DNA from: Desulfosudaceae bacterium | GTDB taxonomy: Bacteria; Desulfobacterota; Desulfobacteria; Desulfobacterales; Desulfosudaceae | Assembly (NCBI GenBank): GCA_963674745.2 | Contig: CAXXDV010000003.1 | Coordinates: 672,001-736,000 of the forward strand | DNA: 64,000 nucleotides | Direction: 5' to 3' | In this document: piece by piece, positions 46,201 to 55,504 of the stretch | Layout of the letters: each line of letters opens with the position of its first letter | Numbering within the stretch: the stretch's first letter is position 1 | Notes under the pieces: generated by a model | Databases searched by the model: none | What the model was told of the DNA's origin: nothing | Seen by the model: only the letters and a program-made list of their open reading frames with translations | Translations under genes and position numbers: made by a program

Positions 46201-47113
46201 GGTGTTAACCCGCGACACCACGCCGGTGCCATGCGGAACCTTTGATTATGGCGAGGTCGAAGACTACACCGTTAATGTGGCTTGCAATTCGAGTCTTTTG
46301 TCGGTTGATATAATTTCTCCGTTGCCCTTTGCGACCGTCACCCTGGGAAATCAGGTGACGATTCAGGCGCAGGTTTCAGATCAATGCGGTGTTTTTGTGG
46401 ACGACATTACCGTGGAAACGACCTTTTCCAATGGCGATAATCCGGTATTGTTGTACGACGACGGTCTTCACGGTGACGGTGCCGCCGATGACGGCCTTTA
46501 TGGCAACTGGTGGATACCGGTCAATGAACAGGATCCGACCACGATTACCTGTACGGCCTCAAAAACCGGTTTTGTGTCAGCCACGGACCAGGTCGATGTC
46601 TATTTTATAGTGGTTGCAACCCGATTCCTGCCCTTGATCGGGGGCTGGAACCTGATATCCCTGCCGCTTTCGCCGCTGGACAAGGCCATTGAAACCGTTT
46701 TGTCCTCCATTGCGGGTAAGTATATCAGCGTCTGGTCTTTTTCTTCGGGCGCCTGGAAATTTTATGACCCGGCCAGTCCCGGTTTCAATGATCTGTTCGA
46801 GATGGATGCCGGCATCGGCTACTGGGTCAACATGTCCGAAACTGCGACACTTACACTTCTGGGGACCGTGCCACAGAACAGTATCGCCATTTTAAACGGG
46901 TGGAACCTGGTGGGCTATAATTCCTTCTCGGTTCAGGATCCGGCAACGGCTTTGGCCTCAATCGCGGGCCACTATGTTCTTGTGTGGGCATATGTTAATA
47001 ATGCCTGGCTGATGTACGATCCGGCCAATCCGGGCTTAAACAATCTGCCGACCATGGAATCCGGTTTAGGGTACTGGATAAACGCAAGCGGGGATTGTAC
47101 CTGGACAATGTGA
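43250..47113 (+). CDS. Secreted modular subtilase (S8) 1: prodomain, S8, three YDDG (choice-of-anchor-X-like) and two GEVED domains, duplicated GWNL C-terminal repeat
   Basis: Triad LDTG / HGTHV / GTSMATPHV; repeats YDDGLHDDGAADDG and GEVEDY; start may be as far upstream as 43133. Confidence 0.92.
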   Translation: MRSRVFAIRNNPLPFLFSCFIWVSISLLIGQAFIVPDAGAQCVSCAREQSFDNLFQKLEQAESIRVIVWLDVDGIKDLTAASNGFSVVAPGRSFPQSGKDADRRLKAAIDGVADGVVNALKGTAFRVSSRFSTLPLIAMEVSADALATLETLPRVVNCVPDRPVKLIQPIEGRVPAGKSGKTVSGRGAADLSKPFLNNTTGIIGAEDAWAMGYTGSGWYVAVLDTGIRSSHAFFAGKTIVEKCYSANNDCPDGTDEDEGSGAAAHYASSYQGYDHGTHVTGIAVGNNGTLFGVAKDADIIAVQVFSRFPATRPECGGSPCVMSYDSDSLKGLEYVYGLRSTYSIASVNMSLGGGAYSDFCDDEDADRKTAIDNLRAVGIATVIATGNEYLCGQVSSPACVSTCISVGASNDSDVQASFSNWHPVMQRFFAPGVSINSSTGVSDTSYASWGGTSMATPHVAGAWAILRQADPAASVTDIYDDLTATGTLITTTCAGGGSVPRINIDRAISCDPNALAVDAFLPQASAVLMPGSQVTLNARVSGDCGGLVDGVTVSATFSNGDGAVQMYDDGLHDDGAADDGLYGNWWIPVNEQDPTTITYTASKTGYTSGSDQVDVTVVMDYCPAGAGDSSYEHIANVTFAGIDNDSTYSGGYADYTAGTPANVTAGTDVNLSVTISPDSGDYLSVFIDWNRNLIFDDPAERYDLAAATDQSGPFTTLVSVPEDAALGDTRMRVVLKWGERPDPCGGFNYGEVEDYTVNIACSPIILVVDALSPTAGAFIVPGVATLLQAGLADQCGDPVSGATVEATFSNGDSPVQLYDDGLHDDGAADDALFADWWTPVNEQDPTTITFTASKTGYTSGTDLVDVAVVSDYCDAGGLDSIMEYITNVTFAGIDNDSTQAGGYADYTAGTPGNVTAGTDVNLSVTINPDADDNVSVFIDWNRNLVFDDPDERYDLVSATDQPGPFSTLVSVPADAVLGDTCLRVVLTRDTTPVPCGTFDYGEVEDYTVNVACNSSLLSVDIISPLPFATVTLGNQVTIQAQVSDQCGVFVDDITVETTFSNGDNPVLLYDDGLHGDGAADDGLYGNWWIPVNEQDPTTITCTASKTGFVSATDQVDVYFIVVATRFLPLIGGWNLISLPLSPLDKAIETVLSSIAGKYISVWSFSSGAWKFYDPASPGFNDLFEMDAGIGYWVNMSETATLTLLGTVPQNSIAILNGWNLVGYNSFSVQDPATALASIAGHYVLVWAYVNNAWLMYDPANPGLNNLPTMESGLGYWINASGDCTWTM

Positions 47114-47189
47114 TGATTAACGGTGATACCCGAAGTGCTTTTTTAATGGGCTGGTATTATATTAATATGCGCCGTTTTTATCTGACCGT

Positions 47190-47219
47190 TTGACTGGACG
47201 GAAAGACATCCTGTATAAT
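47190..47219 (+). promoter_or_regulatory. Sigma70-like promoter for subtilase 2
   Basis: TTGACT-18 nt-TATAAT. Confidence 0.6.
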
Positions 47220-47361
47220 ATTAAATATTTTTAAATATTGGTTTTTTATTAAAAAATCACCTTCCCAGGGACAGCGCCAATAATTTAAAATGCATTTTTG
47301 ATCAGTGTTTTGTTTTTTCACTGGCCGTCTGTTTTTTAATTTATTCAGGATGGAAAAACTG

Positions 47362-50300
47362 ATGAAAGAAAAAAACGAAAACCTGAGGCAGACGCAGCCG
47401 GCTTTATTATCGGTTGCCGTGGCCTGGCTGGTGGTCATAATTCTGGCCGGTCAGTTTGCGGCAGTCAGAATGGCAGGTGCGCAATGCACCAATTGTTCAC
47501 GCGAAGCATCTTTTGATCAACTGTTTGAGGAAGCCGCGCAAAAGGGCTCTGTGATGATCATTGTGCGGTTGAACATTGCCAGGCTGCAGGAGTTGACGGC
47601 CGCTTCCAATGCCTACTCCGTGATGCAGCCCGGCAGATCATTCCCTCAATCCGGAAAAGACGCGGATCTTGCCTTGAAAGCCGCCATAGACGGAGTGGCG
47701 GACGCCGTCGTCAACACCTTGAAAGGCACGGCTTTTACTGTGACAAGGCAATTCTCAACCCTGCCCCTGATCGCCATGAGAGTGTCGCCTGATGCCCTGG
47801 CGGTTCTGGAAACGCTGCCCCAGGTGGCCAATTGTGTGCCTGATCGACCCGTCAGGCTTGAGCCCCCGATTGAAGGGCTGTCAACAAGGAGCAAGCCTGA
47901 AGATTTTACATGGGAAAAGGGTGTTCTTGACCTGAACAAACCGCTTTTGAACGATACCACCGGCATCATCGGCGCGGAAGACGCCTGGGCCATGGGGTAT
48001 ACCGGTTCGGGCTGGTATGTGGCGGTGCTGGATTCCGGGATTTTAAACACCCACGAGTTTTTTGCCGGAAAAACCATCGTGGAAAAATGTTATTCCCTGA
48101 GAAGCAACTGCCCCAATGGTACCGACGAGGATGTCGGACCGGGGTCGGCAGCCCATTATTCCTCAATCTATCAGAGTTATGACCATGGAACGCATGTGGC
48201 CGGGATCGCCACCGGCAATAACGGCACCCTGTTCGGGGTGGCCAAAGACGCTGATATCATTGCCGTTCAGGTGTTCTCACGGTTTACGCCCACAGAATGC
48301 TGCGGTGACCCTGACGGTACTCCCTGTGTCATGAGCTATACCAGTGATCAGCTTAAAGGGCTTGAATATGTCTACGGGTTACGGTCAACCTACAGTATTG
48401 CTTCGGTCAACATGAGCCTGGGGGGCGGTGAATATTCGGACTTTTGTGACGATGCACAAGTTGAGCGGAAAGCGGCCATCGACAACCTGCGCGCGGTGGG
48501 TATTGCCACGGTCATTGCCACCGGCAATGACGGCTACTGCGGCGCGGTCAGTGCCCCGGCCTGTATTTCCTCCGCCATATCCGTGGGCGCGTCGTATGAT
48601 AATGACACCGAAGCGCCGTTTAACAACTGGCACCCGGTTCTGCAGCGGTTCTTCGCGCCCGGTGTGTCGATTTATTCTTCAACCGCTGATACCAATACCA
48701 GCTATGAGTACTGGAACGGCACGTCCATGGCCACGCCCCATGTGGCCGGTGCCTGGGCTATTTTACGCCAGGCCGATCCCGCGGCCTCGGTAACGGATAT
48801 TTACGATGACCTGGTGGCGACCGGTACCCCGGTATCAACCGCATGCACTACCGGCGGCAGTGTGCCCAGGATTAATATTGACTCGGCCATTTATTGTGAC
48901 CCCGCTGTATTGCTGATCGATGCCCTTTTACCCGAATCAGCAGCAGGTTTGAAGCCCGGTGTCCAGGCAACACTTAAGGCGCGGGCCTCTAATGATTGTA
49001 ACCGCTATGTTTACGGGGTAGCCGTGGAGGTTATTTTTTCCAATGGTGACAGCCCCATACAATTATATGACGACGGTCTCCATAGTGACGGCGCCGCCTA
49101 TGACGGCATTTTTGGCAACTGGTGGATACCGATAAACGAACAGGACCCGACCACCATTACGTATACGGCGACAAAAACCGGTTATACGTCGGGTATGGAC
49201 CAGGTTGATGTAACCGTTGTTGCCGAGTATTGCGATGCCGGAGGGACTGATGCTGCAGATGTATATATATCCAATGTCACCTTTGCGGGTATCGATAATG
49301 ATTCAATTGAAGTGAGCGGTTATTCGGATTACACCTCGGGTACGGCAGCCAGTGTGTCTCCCGGTACGGATGAAGTTCTGTCTGTTACCATCAGCACGAT
49401 GGGTTATCAATTTTTAACCGTATTTATTGACTGGAATCATAATTTCAGCTTTAACGATGCGGGCGAACGATACGATCTGGCCAGTTCAACAAGTCTACCC
49501 GGCCCCTATACCACTACAATTTCAGTGCCCGCGGACGCTGCACCGGGTGACACACGTATGCGGGTGGTACTGAATTTTATGGCCGGTGCTGAGTCGTGCG
49601 GGATTTTCAAGTTTGGTGAGGTAGAGGACTATACCGTCAGTGTTGTTTGTGATCCCAACATATTGATGGTTGACGCCCTGTCGCCCGATGACGCGGCGAA
49701 TGTTGCTTCCGGCGTCGCTACCCTCCTTCAGGCCGATGTGGCCGATCAGTGCGGTGACCCGGTCAGCGGTGTGACCGTAGAAGCGACTTTTTCCAATGGC
49801 GACAGTGCGGTACCGCTTTACGACGACGGCCTTCATGATGACGGCGTTGCCGATGACGGCCTTTTTGCCGACTGGTGGACGCCGGTCACCGAGCAGGATC
49901 CGACCACCATTACCTTTACGGCTTCAAACACCGGTTACACCTCGGGCACAGACCAGGTTGATGTGGCGGTTGTGTCCGATTATTGCGCTGCCGGCGGGCT
50001 TGATAGCGCTTCCGACTATATCACCAATCTCACGTTTGCCGGAATTGATAATAATTCGACCCAGGCGGGCGGGTATGCGGATTATACGGCGGGTATACCG
50101 GCAAATGTGGTCAGCGGAACAAATTTAAATCTATGGGTTACCATTTCGCCCGACACCAATGATTACCTGTCGGTTTTTATCGACTGGAACCAGGATATGG
50201 TGTTCGACGATCCGGATGAGCGATATGATCTGGCCGGTCCGACGGATCAGCCCGGTCCGTTTACTTCGTTGATATCCGTTCCCGCTGATGCGGTTTTAGG

Positions 50301-51657
50301 CGATACGTGTCTGCGGGTAGTGATGACGCGCGACACCGTATCTTTACCCTGCGGATCATTCGACTACGGTGAAGTGGAAGATTATACCGTCAATGTCGCC
50401 TGTAATACCGGCTTGTTGACGGTTGAGGCGCTTTCCCCGGCGCCGGCGGCCGTTCTCGCCCTGGGAAGTCAAACAATTCTGCAGGCACGGGTCTCAGGTC
50501 AATGCGGCGCGTTAACAGGTGGTGCCGCGGTGGAAACGACTTTTTCCAATGGCGATAGCCCGATTCAGTTGTATGACGACGGCCTGCATGATGACGGCGT
50601 TGCGGATGACGGTATATTCGGCAACTGGTGGATGCCGGTCAACCAGCAGGATCCCACCACCATAACTTATACGGCTTCAGCAACCGGCTATCCGCCGTCC
50701 ACGGACCGGGTCGATGTCACCGTGGGAACGGAGTATTGCAGTGCTGCCGGAGCGGAGTCCACAATTTCTTATATCTCCAATGTCACCTTTGCCGGCATCG
50801 ACAATGATTCGACCCAGGAAGGCGGTTATTCTGATTTCACCGCGGGTACGCCGGCAACTGTTACGCCCGGCACGGATGAAATCCTGTCGGTTACCATCTT
50901 CCCCCGCATATTTGAAAATGTGTCTGTGTTTATCGACTGGAATCAGAATGCGGTTTTTGACGATCCCGGCGAAAGCTATGTCATCGTGGCCGATGCTGGT
51001 GGTGTGGCCGGACCATTTACAGTATTGATCCCGGTGCCCGTGGATGCCCCTGCCGGGGATACCCGGATGCGGGTGATCATGACCCTCATTTTTTCTCCTG
51101 TCCCATGCGGTACATTTATATACGGAGAGGTGGAAGATTACACCGTCCATGTTAATCCCCTGACCGCGTCGTTGGATCTTTTTGCCGGCTGGAACCTGAT
51201 ATCCCTGCCGCTTTCGCCGCTGGATGGGGCCATTGAAACCGTTTTAAACCCCATAGCCGGAAAATATATCAGTGTCTGGTCGTTTTCTGCGGGTGCCTGG
51301 AAACTTTATGACCCGGCCAGTCCGGGTTTCAGCGATTTGTTTGAGATGGATGCCGGCATTGGATACTGGATCAATATGACTGAAGCGGCAACCCTTGATC
51401 TTACCGGGGTGACGCCGCCGGGATTTATACCTGTATCAAATGGATGGAATTTGGTGGGGTATAATTCTTCCTCAATCCAGGATCCGGCCACGACCATGGC
51501 ATCAATTGCGGGTCAATATGTGTCTGTATGGGCATACATCAACAATGTCTGGCTGATGTACGATCCGGCCAATCCCGGTTTCAGTGATCTGCCGACCATG
51601 GAACCCGGTTTCGGCTACTGGATAAACGCCACATCGAGCTGCACCTGGACGATGTGA
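47362..51657 (+). CDS. Secreted modular subtilase (S8) 2: paralog with three YDDG and three GEVED domains
   Basis: LDSG / HGTHV / GTSMATPHV; same repeat types; identical CTWTM terminus. Confidence 0.92.
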   Translation: MKEKNENLRQTQPALLSVAVAWLVVIILAGQFAAVRMAGAQCTNCSREASFDQLFEEAAQKGSVMIIVRLNIARLQELTAASNAYSVMQPGRSFPQSGKDADLALKAAIDGVADAVVNTLKGTAFTVTRQFSTLPLIAMRVSPDALAVLETLPQVANCVPDRPVRLEPPIEGLSTRSKPEDFTWEKGVLDLNKPLLNDTTGIIGAEDAWAMGYTGSGWYVAVLDSGILNTHEFFAGKTIVEKCYSLRSNCPNGTDEDVGPGSAAHYSSIYQSYDHGTHVAGIATGNNGTLFGVAKDADIIAVQVFSRFTPTECCGDPDGTPCVMSYTSDQLKGLEYVYGLRSTYSIASVNMSLGGGEYSDFCDDAQVERKAAIDNLRAVGIATVIATGNDGYCGAVSAPACISSAISVGASYDNDTEAPFNNWHPVLQRFFAPGVSIYSSTADTNTSYEYWNGTSMATPHVAGAWAILRQADPAASVTDIYDDLVATGTPVSTACTTGGSVPRINIDSAIYCDPAVLLIDALLPESAAGLKPGVQATLKARASNDCNRYVYGVAVEVIFSNGDSPIQLYDDGLHSDGAAYDGIFGNWWIPINEQDPTTITYTATKTGYTSGMDQVDVTVVAEYCDAGGTDAADVYISNVTFAGIDNDSIEVSGYSDYTSGTAASVSPGTDEVLSVTISTMGYQFLTVFIDWNHNFSFNDAGERYDLASSTSLPGPYTTTISVPADAAPGDTRMRVVLNFMAGAESCGIFKFGEVEDYTVSVVCDPNILMVDALSPDDAANVASGVATLLQADVADQCGDPVSGVTVEATFSNGDSAVPLYDDGLHDDGVADDGLFADWWTPVTEQDPTTITFTASNTGYTSGTDQVDVAVVSDYCAAGGLDSASDYITNLTFAGIDNNSTQAGGYADYTAGIPANVVSGTNLNLWVTISPDTNDYLSVFIDWNQDMVFDDPDERYDLAGPTDQPGPFTSLISVPADAVLGDTCLRVVMTRDTVSLPCGSFDYGEVEDYTVNVACNTGLLTVEALSPAPAAVLALGSQTILQARVSGQCGALTGGAAVETTFSNGDSPIQLYDDGLHDDGVADDGIFGNWWMPVNQQDPTTITYTASATGYPPSTDRVDVTVGTEYCSAAGAESTISYISNVTFAGIDNDSTQEGGYSDFTAGTPATVTPGTDEILSVTIFPRIFENVSVFIDWNQNAVFDDPGESYVIVADAGGVAGPFTVLIPVPVDAPAGDTRMRVIMTLIFSPVPCGTFIYGEVEDYTVHVNPLTASLDLFAGWNLISLPLSPLDGAIETVLNPIAGKYISVWSFSAGAWKLYDPASPGFSDLFEMDAGIGYWINMTEAATLDLTGVTPPGFIPVSNGWNLVGYNSSSIQDPATTMASIAGQYVSVWAYINNVWLMYDPANPGFSDLPTMEPGFGYWINATSSCTWTM

Positions 51658-51747
51658 AGCCGGTCGATATGGATTTTCCCGGTTCCGGCCGGTCAGCAGA
51701 GCGCCGTTTGCCATGCGGCTTGAGTGGTTCGGAAGCAAGGTGCGGAT

Positions 51748-52248
51748 ATGAGTAAAATGAAAATATTTTTTATAAAAGTTGTTTGTTTGTGCATCATGAC
51801 CACTGGCTGCTGCTATACGGCTGTCGGGGCGGACAACGCTGCTGCAAAATCCGGTACCTATGATTTTGACAACATAACCGAAGCGGAGGCTTTACGGACC
51901 ATCAGCCAGGATACCGGTATCGTTATTAAAGCCCCTTTTGATCTTTTGCAGAAAAAAGTCCAAAAAAATTATATGCAGGTCTCTGTCGATGAAATCGTGA
52001 CGGATTTGTTGCGAAGGCGGAATTATGCCATTGTCTGGTATTATGATGATAAACAGCTTGTTACCATTGATATCCGGATTGATGATCAGAATGGACAGGC
52101 CGGTGACCTGCCGCCCGCTCTTGCCCCCGGAAATCGCGGGCGGGCTGTTTCCGGCAACGTCTCAAGCAGGAAACGGCCATTGCCGCCGGCAATCGGCCCG
52201 GGAAGGTATCGCGGGGTTGAACGTCCGCCCATGCCGCCGGGTATCTAA
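51748..52248 (+). CDS. Small exported protein, possibly secretin/STN N-domain-like, with Pro/Arg-rich tail
   Basis: Signal peptide; FDNITEAEALRTISQDTGIVI...VSVDEIVTDLL pattern recalls STN/N0 domains (weak). Confidence 0.55.
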   Translation: MSKMKIFFIKVVCLCIMTTGCCYTAVGADNAAAKSGTYDFDNITEAEALRTISQDTGIVIKAPFDLLQKKVQKNYMQVSVDEIVTDLLRRRNYAIVWYYDDKQLVTIDIRIDDQNGQAGDLPPALAPGNRGRAVSGNVSSRKRPLPPAIGPGRYRGVERPPMPPGI

Positions 52249-52309
52249 TTTCAGGGAGAATATTTTTTTCAGGCTAAGTCATTAATATTTAAAATATGGA
52301 GATGGTGCA

Positions 52310-54271
52310 GTGATGGCGATTAAAAAATTAATCAGAAGCGTTTTAACGGCGGGTTTGGTTTTGTTGTTTGTACCGATAACCAGCCATGCCGTAATACCAA
52401 TGCCTTACAGGGTCGGCGGTACCGTTACCGTCAACGGGGTTCAACTTACCCAGGCCACTGCCGCCGGCTACAGCTTTATGATAACAAATGCCGGAGGAAG
52501 TCTTTTTACCGGATCGGGTGGCACCGCTTCGGTTGACAGTGACGGTTTGAACGCGTCCGACTGGTATGTGATCGATATTCCCATGTACGATGCCACCGAT
52601 CAACCCAATGGTGCGCAACCCGTAGATTCCGCTTTTATTCGTGTCTATAAGGGCGGTGTGGCCCAAACCGTCACATCACCGGCCAATGGCCAGTTTTTTG
52701 TCGGCAGCTCCGGTGGCAGCAGTACCATCAATGTTGTTGTATCCGTCAATACGGCACCGACAGCCGATGCCGGTGGCAGCCAGGTGGTGAATGAAACCGC
52801 ATCCCTTGTCACGCTGGACGGCAGCGGCTCTTCCGACCCTGAAGGCCCTGTCGCCGGTTATGCCTGGATCCAGACAGGCGGCCCGGGCGTTACACTTTTA
52901 AATGCCAGTTCCGTCAGCCCGACATTTGTGCCCCCGAATGTGGGGCCGGCCGGTGCAATATTGACCTTCAGCCTGACGGTAACCGATTCCGGCGGATTGA
53001 CGGATTCGGATGACTGTTCGGTGACGGTCAACTGGGTGGATGCGCCGCCGGTAGCCAGTGCCGGCCTGGATCAGACCGTGGGCGAGGGCGGGGTGCAGGT
53101 TACCCTGGACGGCAGCGGTTCTTATGATGACGACGGGATTGTCTCCTATTATTGGATTCAGCTCAGCGGTACCAATGTCACGCTTTCAAACAGCAGCGCC
53201 GCCAAACCGACATTTACGGCACCGGCGGTTGCCCCCGATATGATGACCTTTGAATTGACGGTTACGGATACGGCCGCTTACACGGATACGGATACCTGTA
53301 CGGTTACGGTCTCCGACGCGCCGCTGAACCCACCGGTTGCCGATGCCGGGCCTGATCAGATCATCGAGGACGGTGGTATCGAGGTCACCCTGGACGGCAG
53401 TGACTCTGCTGATTCGGACGGTACTATTGTCGCCTACCTGTGGCAACAAACCGATGGCCCTGATGTCACGCTTTCTGATGATACCGCGGTCAGCCCGACC
53501 TTTACGGCGCCGGACGAAGATGGGCCCGTCTCTTTGACTTTCGAGTTAACGGTTACGGATAACGACGGTCTGACGGATACGGACACCTGCACGGTCATTG
53601 TCGGCGAGGAAACGTTTGAAATCAGAACCAGTTTGTTTTTCCCTTATTTTGCATCCGGTTCAAGCTACTGGCGGGGTATTGCCATTTTTAATCCCGGCGC
53701 AACCAATGGTGTTTTAAACCTGATTTTACACGACATGGACGGCAGAACATCCTCCGCAACGCTGGCCCTGAATGCCAATGCCACCTTTGTTGATATGCTG
53801 GACAACATCAACTGGGTGGGTGATGCCGATATTGACGGCCGTTGTTATATTACCGGTACCATGAGTTTTTCCGGTGGGCGGGGCTTTGCCATGTTCGGGA
53901 ATAATAAAGGCGATTCCATGGGATATGTGGTGGAAAATTTTGTCGCTGCCACGACCCCTGCCGATCTGTACTTTCCTTATTTCCCGTCGAGCAGTACCTT
54001 CTGGAGGGGAATCGTTCTTGTGAATTCCAGCACGTCCAACGGCACTGTCAATCTGACCCTGCACGATACGACCGGAAGAGCGGCTACCGCCAGTATTTTT
54101 CTGAAAGCCGGAGAGGTATACGTCGACATGGTGGAAAATATTAACTGGAACGGCCCTGCTGATGTCACCGGCCGCTGTAATATTATCGCATCCATGAATT
54201 TCACCGGTGGACGGGGATTTGCCATGTTCAGTGATAATAACGGCAATTCACTGGGATACGTGGCCAGGTAA
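52310..54271 (+). CDS. Secreted surface protein with three PKD-like domains and two C-terminal repeats
   Basis: Three P.A.AG..Q...VTLDGS.S.D...W.Q..G....L....PTF..P...F.LTVTD repeats; two L.FPYF.S...WRGI...GGRGFAMF.NN.G.S.GYV repeats. Confidence 0.85.
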   Translation: MMAIKKLIRSVLTAGLVLLFVPITSHAVIPMPYRVGGTVTVNGVQLTQATAAGYSFMITNAGGSLFTGSGGTASVDSDGLNASDWYVIDIPMYDATDQPNGAQPVDSAFIRVYKGGVAQTVTSPANGQFFVGSSGGSSTINVVVSVNTAPTADAGGSQVVNETASLVTLDGSGSSDPEGPVAGYAWIQTGGPGVTLLNASSVSPTFVPPNVGPAGAILTFSLTVTDSGGLTDSDDCSVTVNWVDAPPVASAGLDQTVGEGGVQVTLDGSGSYDDDGIVSYYWIQLSGTNVTLSNSSAAKPTFTAPAVAPDMMTFELTVTDTAAYTDTDTCTVTVSDAPLNPPVADAGPDQIIEDGGIEVTLDGSDSADSDGTIVAYLWQQTDGPDVTLSDDTAVSPTFTAPDEDGPVSLTFELTVTDNDGLTDTDTCTVIVGEETFEIRTSLFFPYFASGSSYWRGIAIFNPGATNGVLNLILHDMDGRTSSATLALNANATFVDMLDNINWVGDADIDGRCYITGTMSFSGGRGFAMFGNNKGDSMGYVVENFVAATTPADLYFPYFPSSSTFWRGIVLVNSSTSNGTVNLTLHDTTGRAATASIFLKAGEVYVDMVENINWNGPADVTGRCNIIASMNFTGGRGFAMFSDNNGNSLGYVAR

Positions 54272-54300
54272 CGATGCCGTCGAGCGTGCTTACGGGTGTT

Positions 54301-54372
54301 GTAGGGGCACGGCACGCCGTGCCCTGAATAAAAAAAAGATTCCCAATCGGGCACGGCACGCCGTGCCCCTTC
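54301..54372. repeat. GTAG-type REP doublet between convergent genes
   Basis: GTAGGGGCACGGCACGCCGTGCCCT ... CGGGCACGGCACGCCGTGCCCCTTC. Confidence 0.85.
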
Positions 54373-54443
54373 GAGTGAACTTCTGAGAGATGCAGCACAA
54401 CGCCGCCGGCCGTTTTGCGGCAATTGCCCAAATTACGCTGCCG

Positions 54444-55394
54444 TCAGGCGTGGTTGCGCAGCTTAAGCTCACTGGGGTGGGGATGCAGGTAAACCTGTTT
54501 TTTTAAATAGGGCTCATCGAATTTACGGACATAATGGCGCAGCAGGATAATCGGCACGATCAGGGGGATAAGCCCCTGGTGGTACTGCGCGATGACCTCC
54601 TTTAACTCTATTTTTTCATCAGCGGTCAGTTGTTTCTTAAAATACCCCATGATGTGATCCAGGGTGTTGGTGTTTTTCCGGACCGAGGCTTTGAGCTTAA
54701 GGGCGGACATAAGCAGTTCCAGGTACTCGGCCTGAAGACGGTTCCTGTCGGCCCGGCGCCCCTGCGCCACCAGATTGCCCATGGGTTTAAGGTCCTTGGT
54801 GCTGTGTGCCATGATCAGTAGTTTATGCCGGGTGTGAAAGTCCACCAGGCCGGCCGGGCTGCCATCGGTTTCCATGTATGTCAGCCAGCGGTGCATGACG
54901 TATATGCGTTCGATAAAATTTTCTCTCAAGCCGGCGTCGTTCAACCGGCCGTCATCCTCGACCGGCAGCAGGGGGAACCTTTCCATAAAGGCTTTGGCAA
55001 ACAGTCCGGACCCCTGGCGGGACGGCATCCCCTGTTCAGTGTATATCTTGACGCCCTGCATGCCGGAACTGGGGGATTTGCTTTTGAACACAAAACCGCG
55101 TAAATTCTCTTTTTCCAGTTGAGACAGCTTTTTTTTGATCCAGTTCAGCATTTTTTCTGTATGATCTATTTTGGTGCGGGTGGTAACCAGACGGGGCGCC
55201 TCCGGTGTCCCGATCAGCCGCATGGTTTCCCGGGGAACCGGCAAACCGCATTCTACTTCCGGGCAGACCGGCACCCATTCCACGTATTGGCCGAGCTGTT
55301 CTGTAAGAAACCGGTCGAGCTGGTGCTGGCCGTTGTAACGTACCAGGTTGCCCAGCAGGCAGGATGAGATGCCCAGTTTGATTTTATCGCTCAT
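54444..55394 (-). CDS. DUF523 + DUF1722 (YbgA-like) protein
   Basis: GISSCLLG..VRYNG, CPEVECGL.VPRE, KSPSSG, FH..HKLLIMAH, HIMGYFK, YL.PHP.EL. Confidence 0.92.
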   Translation of the reverse strand: MSDKIKLGISSCLLGNLVRYNGQHQLDRFLTEQLGQYVEWVPVCPEVECGLPVPRETMRLIGTPEAPRLVTTRTKIDHTEKMLNWIKKKLSQLEKENLRGFVFKSKSPSSGMQGVKIYTEQGMPSRQGSGLFAKAFMERFPLLPVEDDGRLNDAGLRENFIERIYVMHRWLTYMETDGSPAGLVDFHTRHKLLIMAHSTKDLKPMGNLVAQGRRADRNRLQAEYLELLMSALKLKASVRKNTNTLDHIMGYFKKQLTADEKIELKEVIAQYHQGLIPLIVPIILLRHYVRKFDEPYLKKQVYLHPHPSELKLRNHA

Positions 55395-55504
55395 GATTTT
55401 CCCCTTTAATGTTCTGACAGTATCCCCGAATTCGAATAATGATGGTTATTATAGAACAATCGGGGGCGCGAACGATAGAAAATTTTAAAAATGAAATATA
55501 CGGG

